Positions 49,234 through 62,560 are shown, counted from the first letter of the stretch. The stretch is 64,000 bases of DNA from Orbicella franksi (GCA_964199315.1 OZ116707.1:17422001-17486000), one strand, 5' to 3'. The notes: generated from the sequence alone by a model not told the origin. Numbers and translations are program-made.

Positions 49234-52200
49234 ATGGAAGTAAAGCGGGAGGATGAAGCCTGCTTACAAAGATTGCACTGTCAGCTGGATCATGCAAAGT
49301 CACTCCTTGGGATCAACCGTAAAAGTTCCTTGATGCAAAATGCGGATCTCTTGGAGCAACTTTTAAACTGCTTCGAACTGGTGATGCCTTCAGCTGTCAA
49401 TTTAGGGCCATCTCCAGCAGCATCCACCAGCTCAGTGCAGCTGCCACCAAAAAAACTCCCTGGAACTCAAACAAGAACACAGCAACCTGCTCGGCGACCA
49501 CAAGAGGCAGATTTACGTACATGCTTCTGTAGATGACCCTTTCTTTGTTTGCACTGGTGAATTGCTAAAGTCACTGGTGAAGTGCTTCACAAGAAATTTG
49601 CAGTGTGAATTTTGTGGCGGGGACTATCAGTTGTCTGGATTGTCGTTGTCCAAGGAAGGCCATGTGTGCCGTTTGGAGCTCCCTTGTGTTTGCAATGATT
49701 CACTGGTTTGGCTTAGTTCAGGGTTACTTGGTCATCCTGCCAAGTATCTTGCAAATATGAAGTAAGTAAAGAAAATTTAATTTACCTCCCAGTATTTTAG
49801 AAGCTGACATAATTAAACAAATTAAAGCAATAAGATTGTTTACCACTGATTGGTACTGAAATTTGGACCATGTTCTTATACTGTAATTAACAGTCAGTTG
49901 TTCTGTTATTGTTAGTTTATAAAGTTAAAAACCCGTGATTTTGTTCAACTGCTGGCACACTATTCCATTATGGAGTGTCCTACTCAGTATAGCCAATTCC
50001 TTTTCTGTAGGATGGTGCATGCATTTACCTGTACTGGTTTGACAGAAACCCAGTATGATAGCTTTGGTGAGGCTGCAGGCATTGGCTCTGTTCTGGACAA
50101 GACAATAGACACAAGTGGGTAGTTTTCTTTCATTGCACTCCTGGTTTGTGGAGGTACAGTGGCCTAATGTCAGTACACTGGACTCCGCATCAAGTGGTCT
50201 GGGTTCAAGACCTGGTGGCCAGGGCACTGTATTGTGGCCTTGGAGACAACACTTTTCTCTCAAAGTGCCACTCAATGCCCAGTTGTATAAAAAGGTACTG
50301 GCATATGTAATGCTTGGGAAAACCCATTGATGGACTGCCATCACATCCAAGCAGGAGTAGAGGTACTCCTAGTTGCTCCCGCAAAAGAAACCAAGTTAAG
50401 CTCCAGCATAGTGGGCCATTCTGCTTGCATGCAGACTATGCAGACCTTCCCCCAGGTTAAGATTTATTCAGAAGTAAGTCATTTTCATCTCTGACTTTTT
50501 ATAGTCTACAAGGATCAATGTTTTGGATACTTCCAAATAGTGAGGGATCTTGCCCAGAACTTCATGGCAGAAGCCAGATGGGAGGTGCAAGCAACCAACA
50601 ACTACATAGCAAATAGCGATGTAAGTTAACATACAGAGTGTGTCAATAAAATATAGTGTATTTTGGTTCTTATTTTTCATCCCTACTCATTTGCAGTGCA
50701 TCATCACTGATGCCAGACATGACTCCAGTAGGGCAGCCATGCATTCCACTGTCTCAGCCATTTCTATGAGGTATAATGTTGAGGTTTTCTTATTTTTGAT
50801 TTCTTATAATAACTATTTCAATCAATTAAACATCGTATAGTCTATTAGGCCCAAAATGTATCAATTTGGGTTTCCATTTGTTAAATATATATTTATGCCC
50901 AGCATTTCCTTGAAAAAAAAGGCAGTAGACCTTCTAAAACAAGCTTTGCTTTGGTGAACTCTGACAGTAAATTGTTCCAACATTACATATTAGAGGTGCA
51001 TTTTGTTGATAGGTTCATGTCATATGAGTATAGTGTAGCAACACTTTTGTATGTATTGTTCTTTTGTCTTCAGAAACAAGAAAATCATTGGTGTTTGCAA
51101 CTGGAGTCGAAGTAATGAGAGAAGTGCCCCAAGCAGAGAAGTTCCAATGACGAAGGAGCTGATGACCAAACTAACAGAAAATCAAGGTTTTTACAGTTTA
51201 GATGATATTGAAATATCCAAACCTTGATTATTGTTTTCATTGATTTCTTTTTCCTTTTAAAGGTCACAATGTTACAGAGGTGGCCCATGATTGTGTTGTA
51301 GCACTGAAAAACTGGTTTCAGGGAAGGGGCATAAGGAACTCTTTTGACACATGGCATGGTAGGTTCATTAGGGGACTCCTTGTCATTGACATTGCAAGTC
51401 TTGTGGCACTTCTTTAACTTAGTGAGAATCTATGAGCATTGCATCTCAGTCTTGGTGTATTGTCTGCATTCCACCATAGGTACAGAAAGGGGTGGCAAAG
51501 GAAATGAAAAAAGTTGCAGTGGTTCATGGCATTATGAAGGAGTAAAATGATTTACAGAGCTCTCTGACAAAGGTATATGAAACCCATTCTTTAATTAACA
51601 TGTAGTAATCAAGAGAAATTTCTCATGTAAAGGAAACATTATTTCCAAAAAGTGTCACACTAAAAATAAAAATGGCCTTGTTTTGCTTGCAGCAAAAGCC
51701 AGCAAAACTCATTTCCACTGGGCCATGTGCAACGATGAAGGCACTGAAGAAGGCTTTCAACAGTACTTGCTCAACATTGTGGATCATTATCAGGTAAGTA
51801 ATGTACACCAGTTCTTCTACACCTAAAATTTGATTTTTCCCCGGCTATCTCTATGGGTCTTTTTACCACTTTTTAATTATGTCCTGTGCTGTTTATTGTT
51901 ACTTGAACCAGGTAAGCCTATCTGTAAACTAGGGAATATAGTTATGGATCTACATACAGTACAGAAATTGAAAAAATTAAGTAAACTAAAATGCATTAAA
52001 AATCAGACACTAACCCATTCACGAATTGCAGTACCTCCCCCTATTTGGGCAACCAGTATTAGTTCAAAAGACCTGATTAATAAATGGTGCATGTCTCCAT
52101 CCTAGGGAAAACATGCGCTTTGTCACCAAGATTCCAGGTGCAAACATGAGGGTTATGTATGCTCAAAGAAGACAATAACTGACCCTAGAGCAGTGCTGGC

Positions 52201-52890
52201 GTATGCAACTGCTGTGACTAAGACCACCATCTACAAAAATCCTAAAGATTATCTCATGGTATGTATGCAATAGCACAATACTATTTCGATCATGCATGGC
52301 ATGGCTTTCCTTCCTCTTACGATAGTGCTGGCACCACAATGACGTAGGGAACTGACCCATTCACTACCTAAACGTTCTTGCTTTTATAAAATTTCCTACA
52401 GTGTCATGACACCTTTTATATTGAGTCCTTCCATGTGGTAATACTCATCTATACTGCAAAAAGGATTCACTTTGGAGATGAAACATATGAGATGAGGGTG
52501 CACCTTGCTGTATTAGACTGTGTAAGTGCACGGGCTTCCAATGCATCCCTTTTTGTGGCATATTTGTTTTCTTCACACTTAGCCAAGCACCTATTAAAAA
52601 CACTTTGTCTTTCTTGTTTCTTGCCTTGCAATAATATTATTATGTGAGAGTAAAATACATAAAAACATTATGTGCTACTTGGGAATGGAACAAGTTTATG
52701 TTCTCCGCAATTTCAGAATGAGAATGTTGGGAGAGAAGTGAACTCTGTCCAGTACTATCAGCACTTGCAACATCCTGGGAGAATGGCCCCCACTAGAGTG
52801 CTACAACCAAAGACATTTGAATTCCGACAGCCCATATGGAGAGCACTGTTTCAAAATAATAAAATTTCAGCAGCTCCTCTGACAGTGTGA
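49234..52890 (+). pseudogene. E3 intron-rich Kolobok-type transposase
   Basis: CEFC..EGHVC..C zinc motif, CIITDARHDSSRAAMHSTVS (~50700), FDTWHG (~51345), IESFH..IYTAKRIHF..YEMRVHLAVLD, last exon NENVGRE..KTFEFRQPIW. Confidence 0.78.
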
Positions 52891-54047
52891 ATAGGTTTGA
52901 TGTTTGACTAAAGTGTTTGTTATCCATTTTTGGTCTAGAAATGACACAGATTGTGGGCACACCACCACAACCTAACTAATATCAAGTTACAAAATTTATT
53001 TGATGGAACTGAATTTTATTGTTGTTTGTAGATATGTTATCAATCGTTAATAATACTAATGATAATGAAAACTAAAAAGATAAAACTATGTAAAAAATAT
53101 ATCTAACATTGGAAATGGTGGTAATATACAATAGCCATATAAAATGTTTACTGTACAGTGCTATACATTGCTAATGGCGTTTCTTTCTTTTTTCTTATTT
53201 CATGCAGTTACTATGGCAGTTGCTTTTAGGAGCCACAACACATTAAAAGTGAATGGTCCAGAACATATTTTCCTAAGGCGTTTAACAAAATTACTGTTCA
53301 CTTTATATATAGCCTTCTGATGTATAATGACACATACAGTTCTGTTGAAATATATCTACTTAGCCTGCTGACAGTTGATGTGATGTTTTTGCCTTATCAT
53401 TCGATTTTTATACACAGGAAAGGAACACTGGAAAGGTCTGGAAAGGAATTGAAAATTTGGCCTTGGAGACTGTGTCGCAATTTGCGATAAGAATGGAACT
53501 TTGCAAGCTAAGTGATCTTGTATCTTTGAAATTTAGTGACAGCAATGTCTCTTCTTGGATATAAACTCTAACTCCTAAAGCATCTATGTTGTGTAGGTCG
53601 GGGCTGGGCCTTCCCTTTCCATGGAAACGACAGCTGCACCAAGCCATATTACTACAGTTCATGATACAAGTTTGGACACCTAATTTGAATTCGTAGAAAG
53701 GAAGGCAACCTTAGATTGCATCGTAATGCTCTTTACAAGATCATTGCTCAACCCTGTCATAAATAGCAGAACTTGTACCACACAATTGCTGATATAATTC
53801 TTGTCGCTTTTCATTGCAGCCAGCAATAATCAAGGCAACAAGCAAGCAATGTATAGCAGAAAGCAGGTGTTTCCTTTTCTGTTTTTACTTGTCATCACGA
53901 TCAATGGAAATTAAAGAATGGAAATGTTGCTGGTTGTCTTACTATTGTGTTTTTTGCTGAAACCCCCCCTCCCCACACACACCTACTTCTATCATCAAAG
54001 AAGGTTTATGTTATGAAAGGCAAACTTTGCATCTGTAATTGCCCATT

Positions 54048-55134
54048 TCATGACCGACAATGACCACAGTATGGCACCCCATCAGGATTTTTGGCCATCG
54101 CTTCCTGACGTCCTCCACAACACAAACAGGCACCCTCGATGTAGCAGCCTATGGCCTCCGTTCTCTGCAAATAAACGGGGTCACACCATAACCCCCTCCT
54201 TGTTAGAATAGTATCGTACACTTTGTAGTCGCCCTTTCGTTTGGCATGGTTTGTCAACCTTGGTTGCCCATGAGCTCAGAGTCGGCTAGGGAGATTTTTG
54301 CTTTGCAGAATACACAGTGAATTGCAGCAGAAGGAACACGAAAGTTGATGATTCTTGTCGGTTGTATGAGTATGACCCTCGGGTCTTGTTTCAGCAGAAA
54401 CAATTTTGCGATGAAGGTCATCAAAATTACTTGGTGGCTCTTCTTGTTCTTGTTCTTGCTGAACTACGTGAAAAGAAGAGCAGCTAATGTGGATTACTAA
54501 TAAATCAAAGTGACCATATTACATTCCCAAGCGCTGTCTTGAAAATGATGGAAAAAGGTAAGGAAACGGTTCATTATCGAAGCTGTTTACAATGACGTCA
54601 AAATATTACAGGGTTGCAACACTTGTAGTATATCAGTGAAAGGAACATCTGTATTAAGCAATAAAATGAAAGAGGAACAGTGCCATGGAGCAATAATAAT
54701 CATTGCATTTCTTACAGGTTACGGGTAGGTAAACATAAGAGTGCTCTATATGAATATTTATAATTTACGCACTAAAGCGTCTGAATGGCAAAGGACCATG
54801 TGATATTGCCATAAGCTGGAGTAAACAAAGGAAAGAAAACAAAAGTCTTTTAAAAAGCTTAACTATTACCGCTTTCGATGAGGAAATTAAAACGAGATCA
54901 TGGCAGTTCTACCTGGTATAGCTAGATTTTTTTTACATGGTTTTTCCACCTTGACGATCTCGCCGCTGTTGACCGTCAACCATCCTCGTAGTTCTTCAAT
55001 AAATGTTTCATGGAGCATGACTGTAATCTAAAAGTGATGAATAAATAAAAGAATTGTTTTTTGAAGAATTACTTGCAAAGAAAATTGAAAGTAAACACAG
55101 CTCTTACCTTTCTTGAATTCGAATTGCCCGCCAT
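54048..55134 (-). pseudogene. E3 three-exon accessory gene, homologous to 30142-31460
   Basis: Exons 55134-55108, 55027-54913 and 54463-54048 (phases 0 and 1). Exon 3 reads CSFCC..TNHAKRKGDY..GLW.DP.YL and, after a small deletion, CVVEDVRKRWP.NPDGVPYCGHCRS. Confidence 0.7.
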
Positions 55135-57533
55135 ATTGAATTTGACCCGCACTCGTCAGAGTTGATTGGCAAATGAGCTCTGTGCTTCCCAGGGAAGCCT
55201 CCTTTCATAGCGCTCCTTAGTGTTTAATTACATCTTACAACTTATATCCATAGGTTGCCACTCATGCCTGTGGTGTACTATCATTGCCTTAGAGATAAAG
55301 CTTCCCAGGGACGGAAGAAGTCGTACCATTCTGCGGACCCTGGAGAACCTTCATGAGCAACATCAGAAATTTCTTGATGCTGGGGGTGACATCAAAAAGG
55401 CTAAGAATTATTTCAGTGTAATTCATAAAGCCATTTTTGATATCCCAATTGAACAGGTAAATAATAGAAAACTCTTCAGCAAAATATTTTAACACTAACC
55501 ACTTGCTGAGAAAATAATGTACTAAGTTTTCTTTCTAACCTTTAGATTTACATTCCTGGCCTCCACATCAGCCTGGAGCTGTTTTTGAAGTTTTTTGACA
55601 TGCTAGTCAAGGAGTGTGATGAGTTGGATGCCAAGATTGCCTGAAATTAGCTGAAACTAACAATCAGCTTGAAAGCTTGGGTGATCTAAATGAGCACATT
55701 ACACTTTTGAGACAAGCTTCAAAACACTCAAAAACAGCTGAAAATTATGATACCCAGGCCCAGGAAATTGAAGACAACACAATACACCTGCTGACTGTTG
55801 CCAGACAAGTCCTGGTTTTCAATGAAGACAACCAAAGCCCTGTCATCAACACAATGCTACAGTCTGCAAGGGAACTTAGAGAAAAAGCTGAAAACAAGGT
55901 TGTTTATGCTACAAACTACACTAATGAATCTAACTTCTCTTTAGTGTGTTTAATTAACTTCTAATTTTCTTTTCTGATGTTGTTTCAGTGTGCTCAGTCA
56001 CTGGCCATCCAATCCAGTACTTCACTGCCAAACGGATCTGGTGTGGTTAACACAGCCAATGAAAATTTTCTCTAAGAGATCAATGATAAGCGACAAGCCT
56101 ACCACAGTCAAAGCTTTGTTGGTGACCATGTGGATATCTGCTTAAAGGTCAGGTAACAAAAAAAAATTAAATTAATTTTCTTACTTTAATTAGTAATATA
56201 CTTTTCAATACTAAACAACTACAAGCATAAAGCTTGAAATACCTCTTGCCAGGTACATAACATCAAGAGGGCTGTGTGAAAACGTAGTGGACACAACAAA
56301 AGACAGAGCTCCATCATTTGAGAATGAAGCTAAAATCATCCAGGAGAAGTACGAAACTCTTTTGACACTTTTCTCCCAGTGCCACTCCAAGTAAAACTCC
56401 AGTGAGGCAGTGGAAGATGCAGAAATAAATGTGCTAGGTACAACACCTACACTTTCAAATTACCTATCTGTTATGCATATGATTTTTTTTCTTTTTCTTT
56501 CTCTCACGCATTTGTGAACTTTTTTACCCTGTCAACAGAAAGAGACATAGAGACATTTGTCACTTTCTTTAGGAGCAACTTCCCAGATGCTACCTTTCCC
56601 CCAAAGATGCACATGCCTGAGGAACATGTCGTCCCATTCTTGAGAAGATGGCACTTTCCTCTTGGATTTTTTGGTGAAAGAGGAGGAGAGAGCATCCATA
56701 AAGATTTTGTTCAGCTCGCTTCAACATTTTCTCACGTTAAGCCTTCCACAATGCGTCTTAAGTAAATGTTAGAGGAGCATCATGATTCCTGAAAAAAGGA
56801 AGCGAAATTTGAAGAGAAATCAACAACTTCAAGAGCAAACTAATGTACACTGTTAATTTAGACTTTAGTTTACAGTTTATATTGCTTAGAATAGGATGTC
56901 AGCGTTTCGCTCGCATATGAATTCAAGATCACACTTAAGCGTATATTTGTCCTTTTCTTTGCCGATCTGAATAGATTTAGGAGAGCTTCAACTGAAAATA
57001 CTTCTATAAATCTTTTGTAAATAGTGATTCTCAAATGTAAACAATAAATGGGCTTTGCTTTGCTTCAGCCCAAATAGTGTTTCAAACTCTAAGATAGTAA
57101 AGGCCGCTGAACAAGGGGTCATAATGGCGGCGATAAACGTTGAAAATGCCCCCAAGACAAATTCTAATAGCATCTTTCAACCATCTAACTTCTGTTCCCA
57201 ACAGCTCTTTCTTTCAGGAAAACTTCTGAAAATCCACCATAAGCCCACAAAAATTTAACTCTAAACCACAGCGTGATATCTTTGCTTTCACCAAAGTGAT
57301 TTTTTGACACCAGATAAATCGGTTTCAGGCCGCAAAACTAGTGTTCCTTCGATGTACACCATAACCTTGAACCTTCGACTATTAATTTATGCTGTTTCTA
57401 CACACAGTAGGCAAAACGTGACAGAATACAATTCATTTAAAAACCTGTGCCCTAACCGTCAACAAATTGGTTGCTAGCTCATTGCTAGGCGTTGCTAGGT
57501 TGTACATCATTATCATAGTGCATAACGCTGCTT

Positions 57534-57909
57534 ATGTTTCACGGGCTCACAAAAAACCTAAATTCTGCGCCAAAAGTGCCGTGGAATGCAACCATTCCTG
57601 CTTCACCAGAAGATCTAGTGATGTTCTCTAAAATGGCAAGGGAATGGTCACACCAAGGCTGTCTGTACAGAAAGCCTTCCAATGTACAGGTACACTTCCA
57701 TTGCAACATTCCATGCATGCAACAAAAGCAACCTGACTTGGATGGAAGGTCTTGTTTCGTTATTTAGAATTAAAATTCCTTCTTCTAACATATGTCCACA
57801 AGCAATACATCAGAAATCACCTGGGAATTTCGACATCCCTAGACTACAAGTTGTCGAAAACCTAAAAGGTAAATTAGTGTTTCATAGAAGTGATGCAAAA
57901 AAGCGGTAA
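57534..57909 (+). pseudogene. Cys/His-containing hypothetical ORF remnant
   Basis: Two overlapping frames give P.DL....E..VHFHCNIPC..KQPD, a coding-like pattern with no firm family. Confidence 0.3.
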
Positions 57910-58784
57910 TGTAAGGATAAAAACTGGAATGTTCTCCTTTTCATAAGATGTACATTTTAACCGGAAAAAATGAAATCATGCCACACACGCAAAATAAGTG
58001 CCAACCCCCCCATTGGCTACATTAGGATGGTTTCTTGTTCACAATCCTATTGTGTTTCCATTGTCAAGCTTGGTTGTGCTTCTTTAGCCATGAAAAAGCC
58101 TTTCCATACAAATCCTAATTATCACTTTTGACTGCAGATCTCAGCGTTCAGCAGGCAAATAATGTTCCAGTCCGTACTTGGTGTGAGGGGAATAACATTT
58201 TGACTTCACAAGAACAACTTTTTTTGTCATTACCAGAAATTGCTGACAAAATGGTGGACCGAAGTTAAATCAGTGCTTTAAAAATGGCTGCCGATATAAT
58301 AGTGAAATATATGGAGTAAAAAGAAAAAAGCCAAACTTTCCCTACTTAAATAGTCCACCGATTCCTTATCGATTTCAGTGGAAAGAACATTTACTGCAGT
58401 ATTCATAACAGTAATTTTTATATTAAAAGCATCTCAAGGTCTGACAACTCTGCATTTATAGAGGCCATAAGACAACTCCTTAACCTTTACAATTTCATCA
58501 CAAAAGGGATGAATAGTTCACCTTCTCAACCATCCTAGAGACTTTGTTTACATTGGTTCCCTGGTTCCGACCTCGCAAAACACTGCTACATATTTACACT
58601 TTCCAAGGCTACAAAAATCCAGTTCTATAAGCTTTCCGCCATTCCGCCAAATTTACTTGAGAAAAGCACAAATTCAAGATTGTTTTCTTTATCTAAGTGG
58701 ACAGAAATCACCCTTACTGCTTGGAAATTGTCGCTGTAAACAAGGTCTTCTCTTCCACCTATTCATTGACTTCGGCCACCATTT

Positions 58785-61364
58785 TTGGCTGATAGCCTAG
58801 CCTTTTGTTGGGAAGTATGCTGGATAGCTGTAAGGTGGACTCATTCACAGTGCAAAAAAAAGCTACCAATAGATCAAAAATTAACTGTCATTAATCCTCT
58901 GCTTTCTTACATAAGAAAGCAAAATGTTGATTGGTTTTTAATAGCTTTAGCTGTTGAAATTCCCTACCCTTTGCTACAGCTATGGCACAACATAGTTCAC
59001 AAAACCGAAGCTGATCAGGGTAATTCTGCAGATTACCTTGATCTGTTGAATAGTTGGATTCCAAACAAATGGTTCCAAATTAGCAGGGAAACAAGATTTC
59101 AGATCCAGGAAACACCCAGATGCGAGGCAAGCTCAGTTGTCTCAAAGAGCAACTGGTAGTAGGAGAAAGCAAGAGCTTAATAACTGTCTTCGCTCTGAGC
59201 ACTTTAGTCAATGAGTTAGTTTCTATTGGAAAGATTGAAGATGATTTACAAGAAGCTAATTTAGCTTTAGAAGAGTGGCATAAGAAGTTTGGAGATTTAC
59301 AGCAAGAGAAAGAAAGTCTGTTAAAGGAAATGACTGAGGCCAAAGAAAAGAAGGATGCAGAGATAGATAGCCTTAACAGAGAGCTATCAGAATACATTCA
59401 GCAAATGGCAGATTTAAGCAAGAATAGCAAACTAAATTATGGAAAAACAATTAAACAGCTATCTGAAGGGCAGAGGCTAAGAATAATTAAAGAACTCAAA
59501 GGAAGAGCTGACCTAGCACTGTGGTTCCTTGAGAGTCATGGTTTAAAATTAACCTATCTTCATGTCAGGGAGGCTCATTCAAGGAGAGAACGTACATTTG
59601 ACTTTCTAAAAGAGAAAGTAACCCAGGAAGATGAAGACAATTTAGAGCAGATTTTATTTTTGTTGGACAAATTTGTTGTCAGTGATGAACTGTACCATGA
59701 ACTCACCATATTATAAAATGATTTACCTAGGTCATATTTAATCAAACAGAAGAGATCTGATCTCAACAAACTCTCCCACATTGAAAGAGTCCTAGGAAAG
59801 TACCCAGGAGTACAGATATCATTTATGGATACACTCCAGGATCACATAAGAGAATATTTCAAATCACACCCACACCATTCCCTGGAAGAGCCTATAAAGG
59901 TCAAAATTAATGGCGATGGAGCCAAGTTGTCATGAACGACCAATTTTATGATTTTGTCCTTTTCCCTTTTACAAACTGGGGACAGGGTGATGTCCTCTAA
60001 AGGGAACAGAACACTATGTATAGTAAATGGACTAGAAAAATATGACACACTGAAAACATCAATGGGTAGTGTCATCAGTCATATATAACCTCATCATAAA
60101 AAATGGCAAAATAGAGGTTGATGGAAAAGAAGTCAAAGTAGAGATGTTTTTAGGGGGGACTACAAATTTTTGCTTCTGGCAATGGGCCTCAAAAGGGCAA
60201 CCTCTGATTATGCTCATGTATGGTGCAAGATTCATAAGATCTAAAGGTGGGACATGACCAAAGACCTCGACTTTTACAACTCAGGGGAATTAAAGAGGAC
60301 CTTAAAGGAAATTCGAACTTGGCATGGTTTAAAAAAGGTTTTGTTCTATCCATCCCCCCATGGTTTGACATTGAGCTTGACCATGTTGGTCTGGATGAAC
60401 TTCATTTAATGATGAGGATCACTGCCAGACTTACTGAGAATATAATCACTGAAGTCATGGACAAGGACAGCAAAGCTGATTTCTTAAAAAAAGGGGAGAG
60501 GATAAAGGAATTTACCTCAAAAGATTAATCAGTCTAATAAATGACCTTGGAATAACCTTTTCAGTGTGGGGAAAAAACTAATGCAGATAGCAAAGGAAGT
60601 GGTTCATATGAATGGACCAGCCTAATGGGTTCAGATAAGAAGAAACTCCTTCATCTGCTTCCTTCCCAGCTGGAATCAAGGGACATCCTTTGTCCTGAAA
60701 CAAAGGAAACTGTTGTGAAGCTATGGAGGGATTTTGATACCCTTTACCAATTGATTAATGCTGACCCTGAGGAAAATGAAAACCTAGTTGTTGATATTTC
60801 AGAAAAATCAAAGGAATTTATTGAACTCTTTTGTGTCCCTGGAGACACCAGAGTTAGGTACAACAAATTATGTGTTACCCCATACATGCATGCACTCTCC
60901 TCCATGTTCCATTTTTCATCAAAAAACAAAAGGCATTCAGGCAATTCATTGGTCAGGGTGTTGAGAAAAACAATAATGACGCAAAAAGAATTTTTTTTCA
61001 AAAGTCAAACAAATGGGATGCAGCTAGGGATGTGCTGCAGTTGGAGGCACGACAACAAGCACTCCATCACTGTGAAAGGGAGAAGAGAAAATATGAAAAA
61101 CAAAACAATGAATACCGGGGTAGTGGAATTGTAGAGTCACATGAAAAAAGAATGCATTCTAGGGATGGTGCAAGTGCAAGTGAACCTGAAAGTGAAGCAT
61201 CTGTTGTAAACACCACTGAAGTACCAACTACAAATTATGAAAAAATGACAGTAAAACAACTTGTGCAAGAAATCAAATCACTAAATTTGCAAGTGAAGGG
61301 AATATCAAAATTAAAGAAAGGACAACTGACTGTTGTTTTAAAGAACAGTGATTGCCTACTGTAG
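58785..61364 (+). pseudogene. Transib/RAG1-core-like transposase, most complete copy (frameshifted)
   Basis: N-terminal coiled coil; KINGDGAK (~59915); FLGG(D)[16 protein letters not shown] (~60155); LDELHLMMRI; TPYMHAL; GQGVEKNNDAKR (~60960); C-terminal helical motif MTVKQL..EIK.L..KG.SKLKK.QL. Confidence 0.75.
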
Positions 61365-61387
61365 ATATTCATGTCACCTCAAAGAAA

Positions 61388-61456
61388 ATGAATGAATTAG
61401 TGAATGAATGAATGCATGTATGCATGCATGCATGCATCAATGCATGAATGAACGAA
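61388..61456. repeat. (GAAT)n/(GCAT)n microsatellite
   Basis: Directly visible tetranucleotide runs next to the pogo-type insertion. Confidence 0.8.
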
Positions 61457-61458
61457 TA

Positions 61459-62471
61459 CCGTAAACACCCGCAGATAAGCTGCACCCTGAGTTTAGCAAC
61501 TCAAATTTTGGAAAAAAGTTTTTTGAAAGAAATCCAAAGTTGAGCCTTTAGGAGTATTATTCATCGAACGTAAACTCACTTTTAACATTGAAACGAAAAA
61601 TACTTCAATTTTAGCACTTTAATATAATGAACATCGTTTCAACCACCTTTAACATGATTGATCTTTTTCTGGAATTTGTTGACAGGTATTTCTTCATTCA
61701 ACACTGTTTTTCCATTGATTTTTGTTCGAGTGTTTGTCGAGCGTGCGTAGCTTAGTAACCAGGCATTCGATCGGATTGGAAGATGGAAAACTGGACACCG
61801 GAAGCAGCCCAATGTTTTTAAGAGTTTTGCGGGTATTAGACAAAGCACCGTTTCTGTCATGTTCAAGTTTACATCTGCTGTTCGTGGCTATCACATCTAC
61901 AAAGAGATTTGGGAGCCAAATGTCGGAGACAAATTTGTTGCTCTAAGAGAGTTACATAATCAGTTTGACAAATATGCCATCAGTGCTAAACGGTGAGGAA
62001 ACAGTGGGCCATCTACCACGCGAATACTCGAGAATAACGTGGTATTTTCTTGCTCGTGGAGGATCAATATACGTTGAAGTTACTGGCTGTCGTCAACACT
62101 GCAAACAGCTTTGCGGGGGAATGGAAATTCCGTGCTGCGTGACGTTTTCCTGTTCGAGAAAAGCGACCATAAACCGCTTGAATGATCTTGTAACGAAGAA
62201 GGTTTAATGCTTTACGCGGCAAAAATGTAAGCTCTACAATAAGCTTACACTTACATCAACAACAGCTCTTTTAGGAGCGACCAAACTTGCAAAAGCAAAG
62301 ACCAGTACTCCCTTGTAGTTTTATGTAATGTTTATTGACGTACTTATCCATAGTGTCAATTCACAGAGATTTACGGCACCTTTTCCAAATGTTCCCGCAG
62401 ATAAGCCGCAGCCCCGATTTTGAGCAACGATTTTTGGAAAAAAGGTGCGGCTTATCTGCAGGTCTTTACGG
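61459..62471 (+). mobile_element. 1013-bp Tc1/mariner (pogo/Tigger-like) element without transposase
   Basis: TA at 61457-61458 and 62472-62473; TIR of about 29 bp, CCGTAAACACCCGCAGATAAGCTGCACC versus CCGTAAAGACCTGCAGATAAGCCGCACC; extra internal CCCGCAGATAAGCCGCA near 62394. Confidence 0.85.
61859..62207 (+). pseudogene. HIRAN-domain protein carried by the pogo-type element (one frameshift near 61981)
   Basis: VRGYHIYKEIWEP..G..RE..N.FDKYAI..VGHLPRE.S..F..GG.I..EVTG.R..GGMEIPC. Confidence 0.75.
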
Positions 62472-62560
62472 TAAATTATTGGGAAGAAAATTGCTCTTCT
62501 TATGAGAAAAATATTTATTCCTTTCAGTGATTAAGTATTCACATAACTAAAACAGTTACA

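Larger units (their letters stand above)
48631..55223 (+). mobile_element. E3: 6593-bp Kolobok-type transposon inside an intron of the RAG1-like gene
   Basis: TTAA at 48627-48630 and 55224-55227; 23-bp TIR ACACGAAGGCACGCTATAAAAGG versus ACACTAAGGAGCGCTATGAAAGG (4 mismatches); host intron runs GT48581..AG55253. Confidence 0.85.
46568..56810 (+). pseudogene. Intron-containing transposase with RAG1-like N-terminal region (N-RAG-TP/Chapaev-like)
   Basis: HQKNLENLCHICG..W..LAEKF.I.V.KD..EIHP..F.H.CY, RING CPVC..ILEKPVETTCQHYFC..C..CPIC, Zn finger, KIGGDH (48242), LFGDYEFL..ISGASG|GCHSCLWC, PGLHISL, KRQAY..FVG.H, PKMH..E.H..GFFGERGGESIH. Many stops. Confidence 0.75.
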
